Origin: Blepharisma stoltei ATCC 30299
Taxonomy: Eukaryota; Protista; Ciliophora
Assembly: GCA_965603825.1 (NCBI GenBank)
Contig: CBFDEM010000005.1
Coordinates: 1 to 64,000 of the forward strand
Length of the DNA stretch: 64,000 nt
Reading direction: 5' to 3'
Every line of letters begins with the position of its first letter. Within the stretch, counting starts at the first letter, position 1. The position numbers were made by a program, and so were the translations under genes. Below the pieces are notes generated by a model. It had not been told where the DNA came from and did not search any database. It saw nothing but the letters and a program-made list of their open reading frames with translations. Shown here piece after piece: positions 59,717 to 64,000 of the stretch.

Positions 59717-59946
59717 TACTTAAATTGCTAAAAATAAAGAATGTTAATTAATAGAAATTATCTAAATCCAATAAGCTTGAGAAGATAACTTTATATGAAT
59801 GCTTTTAATTATAATAAACAGTCTTAACTTCAGTTAAATATCTTCTTGACACTTGCTTCTGGATTCTTCTTTTTAGCTCATCACTGAGCTGGTCAAATGG
59901 AAATGGGGCTTAATTCGCCTATTAATAGTAAAATTATGAAAATAAA

Positions 59947-61330
59947 ATGATGGGTTCCGAACGATAAAACATTAGAGCTTCTTTTTAGCTAAAATAAAAT
60001 AGTTAAAGATCTTGTTCAAAAATCAACTGTTGAGGATACAATGTTTCAGAGGCATGCCATTAACAATGAATACACTATCGATATCCAGAAATGGAGTGTT
60101 GAGTATTCGGATCTGACATCTCAAGTAGATTCAATCAAGGCTTTATATCCGGCATTTTTTGTAGAAAATAATGACCTTATAATGAATTTAGACCTATTTC
60201 GAGAGCAAAATGTAGTTTATGTACTCCTTTACTCTGCAGTCATGCTTCAATGGCCTTCTTTGAACCCAACAGTCTTATTTTCTGTAGATGATATCAACGA
60301 GGGCACAGTTTTTGATACATTTGCTATAAATAGAATGAAGTTTAATTTTGGCATGCTCTCAAATTGCGAATGTATTAATTTTTTAACAAATCAAAATATC
60401 GATAATGAAATCAAAACACTCACAAGAACTTTAGCACTCTATTTCTATATTAGGGCGCAAAGGGGCAGTATTACACTCGATTTAGATTTATTAGAAGGCA
60501 GAGAGTACAAATGAAATAAATGTAAGGTTTTCCAAAAAAATGGGGGATTAGAAGCGTTTTTAAGAATCTTTATAACACAAGCATTTGCAAGGAAGTATAT
60601 AAAAAAATTATACGTGCTAACGATGAAAGTGATTTTGAAATCAAGCTTGCAGAAATCTTTGAATATGTGATAGAGCAGTCATATTATGCTCACCTTCCAG
60701 CAGGTCTATATGGGCTCACAGCAATTGATCCCAAATATTTATATCAAGCAAATACTCTCCAGAAAAAAAAGAAGAAGAAGAAAAAGTAAAAGAAACAGAA
60801 ACAGAAACAGAAGAAAAGAAAAGAAAAATAAAGAAGAAGAAGAAGAGGAAGAGAATGAGAAAAATAAAGAAGTTGCAAAAACAATAAATAAATTCAAACA
60901 AAAAGCAAGGGAATCATATAAAACAGAATATAAATTTGGATTTGGGCCTACACTGATAATACTTTTGCGCGAAATAGCGAGCCTTGCTTCTAGATTTTGG
61001 GAGCAGCAAAATTCTTACTTTAGGATAACACCCAGAGAGTACGAAAGCCCATCAGATCCTGTAAGACGATATGTAACAATAGGAGACTATTTAGAGTCAC
61101 TGCTATTTGGTGACAGGCTGCAAACCCTTTATAGAGGAGGGGAAGAGGCTTTATTAAATATTGATATCTGAAACTTGCCAATTGATGTGTTTCAGTCTGA
61201 ATTCCAAAATATGCAAGAAGCTAGCAAAGCAAGGGGTGGCAAAGCATGCATCCTTTCTAGAGGGGATGGACTAGCCAACTGTGCTAAATTCGGGAGATGT
61301 GGGATGTCTTATTGAACTTCACGCTCTTAA
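59947..61330 (+). pseudogene. Array copy 10, frameshifts and premature stop (motif REIAS)
   Basis: Extra G at ~59953, TAC>TAA near 59990, 1-bp losses near 60566 and 60733. Confidence 0.85.
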
Positions 61331-61798
61331 TGTTTAAATTGCGAATAATAAAGAATACTGATTATTTAAATCAAATGAGCTCGTGTAGCTGAATTCATAT
61401 TTATACTTTTAATTATAATAGATGCTTTTAACTTAGTTTAAATAGCTTCTTGGTAGAGCTTAAAATCTGCAGTTTTATCGGCATTGTTGCAGCACATATC
61501 TCGCCTTGAAAAAAGCTCAATTGAATTGATTCAATAAATTACTTTATAACTGAGGCTCAAAATACCAAACAGTCCTACATTGTCGGGATCCTTTTGTGCT
61601 CAAAATGCTTGTTTCTCGAATTTTCTTTTTAGTTCATCACTTAGCTAATAAATGGAAATAGGCTTAATTCGCTAATTATTAGTAGAAAATTATTATTTGA
61701 ATTTCTGTTCCTCTCTCTCTCTTTCTATTCTATAAGGATATTGTAAAATTTAGTTTTTCAAATTTTAGATCCCCATATAGTGAAATGATAAAAATAAA

Positions 61799-63139
61799 AT
61801 GATGGTTCCGAACGATAAAACATTAGAGCTTCTTTTCAGCTACAATAATATAGTTTTGGATCTTATTGAAAAATCAACTGTTGAGATTCCAACGTCAGAA
61901 GATTCAGAAGAGAGCGACCCCTATGACAAAGATTACACTATCGATATCCAGAAATGGAGTGTTGAGTATTCGGATCTGACATCTCAAGTAGAGTCAATCA
62001 AGGCTTTATATCCAGACTTTTTTATAGAAAATAATGACCTTGTAATGAATTTAGACTTGCTTCAAGAGCAAAATGTAATTCATATACTCCTTTACTCTGC
62101 AGTCATGCTCCAATGGCTTTCTTTGAACCCGACAGTCTTATTTTCTGTAGATGATCTCAACAAAGGCACTGTTTTTGATAAATTTGCTATAAATAGAATG
62201 AGGGTAAATCTTGTAATTCTCTCAAGTTGCGAAGGTATTAATTGTTTGACAAATCAAAACCTCAACGATAAAATTAAGACACTCGCAAGAACTTTAGCAC
62301 TCTATTTCTATATTAGAGCACAAGGTGGCAGTATTACTCTCAATTTAAATTTGTTAAGAGATGAAAATTATGAATGAAAAATACGTCAAATTTTTCAAAA
62401 GAATGGGAAATTAGAAGCATTTTTAAGAAATCTTTATCACACAAGCATTTGCAAGGAAGTTTATAGAAAAATTATACCTGCTGAAAATGAAAGTGATTTC
62501 GAAGCCAAACTTGAAGAACTCTTTAATTATGTGATAGAGAATTCATATTATGCTCACCTTCCAACAGGTCTATATGGGCTCACAGCAATTGGCCGCAAAA
62601 TATTCATATCATGCGAATACACTCCAGAAAAAGAAGAAGTAAAAGTAGTAGAGGAAGAAAAAAAGAAAGAAAAAGAGGTAAATAAAGAAGAAGCAAAAAA
62701 TGTGCGTAATGTAGAAGTCCTAAATAATTACTCAGAATATAAATTTAGATTTGGACCTACATTAATTATACTTTTGCACGAAATAGCACATCTTTCTTCT
62801 AGATTTTGGGAACAGCAAAATTCTTACTTTAGAATCACACCCAGAGACTACAAAAGCCCATCAGATCCTGAAAGATCATATGGAGAAATAGGAAACTATC
62901 TAGAGACACTGCTCTTTGATGATAGGCTGCAAGCTCTTTATAGTGGAGGGGAAGAAGTTTTATTAAAAATTCGTAATTGAAACTTGCCGATTGAGAGGTT
63001 TAAGGCTAAATTCCTAAAACAGCAAGAAGATAGCAAAGCAATGGGTGGCAAAGCGTGTATCCTTTCAAGAGGGAATGGACTAGCCAACTGTGTTAAATTC
63101 GGGAGATGTGGGATGTCTTATTGAACTTCACGTTCTTAA
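61799..63139 (+). CDS. Array copy 11, intact, 446 aa (HEIAH)
   Basis: Single frame with three UGA=Trp; TAA 63137-63139. Confidence 0.85.
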
Positions 63140-63433
63140 TGTTATAATCGCTAATAATCTAGAATATTGATTAATAGAAATTATCTAAATCCAGTAAGCT
63201 TGAGAAGATAATTTTATATGAATACTTTTAATTATAATAGACGCTCTTAACTTAATGTAATAGCTTCTTTGTAGAGCTTAAAGTCTGTAGTCTTATCATC
63301 ATTGTTGCAGCTCATATCTGGCATTGAAAAACTTTTAATTAGCGTTATAAACAACTTTCTAAGCTCAAAATACCTGAGCTGCTAGCTTATCAACGTATTA
63401 AAAGCCCCATTATTATTAAATTATAAAAATAAA

Positions 63434-64000
63434 ATGATGGTTCCGAACGATAAAACATTAGAGCTTCTTTTTAGCTACAATAAAATAGTTAAAGATCTTG
63501 TTCAAAAATCAACTGTTGAGGATCCAATGTTTCAGAGGCATGCCATTAACAATGAATACGCTATCGATATCCAGAAATGGAGTGTTGAGTATTCGGATCT
63601 GACATCTCAAGTAGAGTCAATCAAGGCTTTATATCCAGACTTTTTTGTAGAAAATAATGACCTTGTAATGAATTTAGACTTGCTTCAAGAGCAAAATGTA
63701 GTTTATGTACTCCTTTACTCTGCAGTCATGCTTCAATGGCCTTCTTTGAACCCGACAGTCTTATTTTCTGTAGATGATATCAACAAAGGCACTGTTTTTG
63801 GATAAATTTGCTATAAATAGAATGAGATTAAATCTTGCATTTCTATCAAAAAATGAAGGTATTAATTTTTTGATAAATCAAAATACTCACAAGAACATTA
63901 GCACTTTATTTCTATATTAGGGCACGAGGTGGCAGTATTACTCTCAACTTAAATTTGTTTAGAGATAAAAATTACAAATGAAAAATGCGTAAGATTTTTC
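63434..64000 (+). pseudogene. Array copy 12, partial (window end), frameshifted
   Basis: Extra G at ~63800 (TTT GGA TAA) and a deletion near 63885. Confidence 0.75.

Larger units (their letters stand above)
46979..64000 (+). repeat. Tandem array of at least 12 zincin-like (HExxH) gene copies, unit ~1.6-1.9 kb, running off the window
   Basis: Repeated coding blocks and conserved spacer motifs (aatagacgctcttaactt; cagtcctacatt; tagctcatca..caaatggaaatggggctt). Confidence 0.97.

Noticed and set aside
61709-61722. (CT)n microsatellite upstream of copy 11
   Set aside because: Short, present in only one spacer; no evidence of function.
46979-64000. Array as two-gene toxin-antitoxin-like operons or transposon copies
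   Set aside because: The two ORFs per unit are one frame joined by UGA=Trp; no TIRs, TSDs or transposase/RT motifs seen at unit boundaries.

Overview
Eukaryotic, telomere-capped chromosome end from a heterotrich ciliate, most consistent with a Blepharisma macronuclear genome. Three features support this: (CCCTAACA)n telomere, UGA read as Trp with UAA/UAG as stops, and 15-nt GT-AG introns. The supplied ORF track uses the wrong code and ignores introns, so it fragments most genes; I rebuilt the models by hand. Layout: (1) ~2.46 kb telomere. (2) Subtelomeric tandem duplication with two intact 359-aa multipass membrane genes plus decayed relics. (3) Very compact gene block, 9.4-46.6 kb: acyl-CoA synthetase, Ubl-ankyrin-PH-AGC pseudokinase, RINGv-FHA E3, TPR-like protein, VPS37-like, MGRN1/LOG2-like E3, ATP23-like, MDH, NBR1-like, SMC4, Zn-finger-coiled-coil-Kelch, histidine phosphatase, BTB, C2 and Rab2-like genes. 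This block includes a short interstitial telomere tract at a duplication breakpoint. (4) From 47 kb to the window end, a tandem array of at least 12 copies (5 intact) of an uncharacterised cytosolic HExxH zincin-like gene, with a hypervariable charged insert next to the active-site helix and a mix of active-motif, degenerate-motif, truncated and frameshifted copies. This array is the best candidate for an undescribed system. All domain calls come from motif recognition by eye; no database searches were run.
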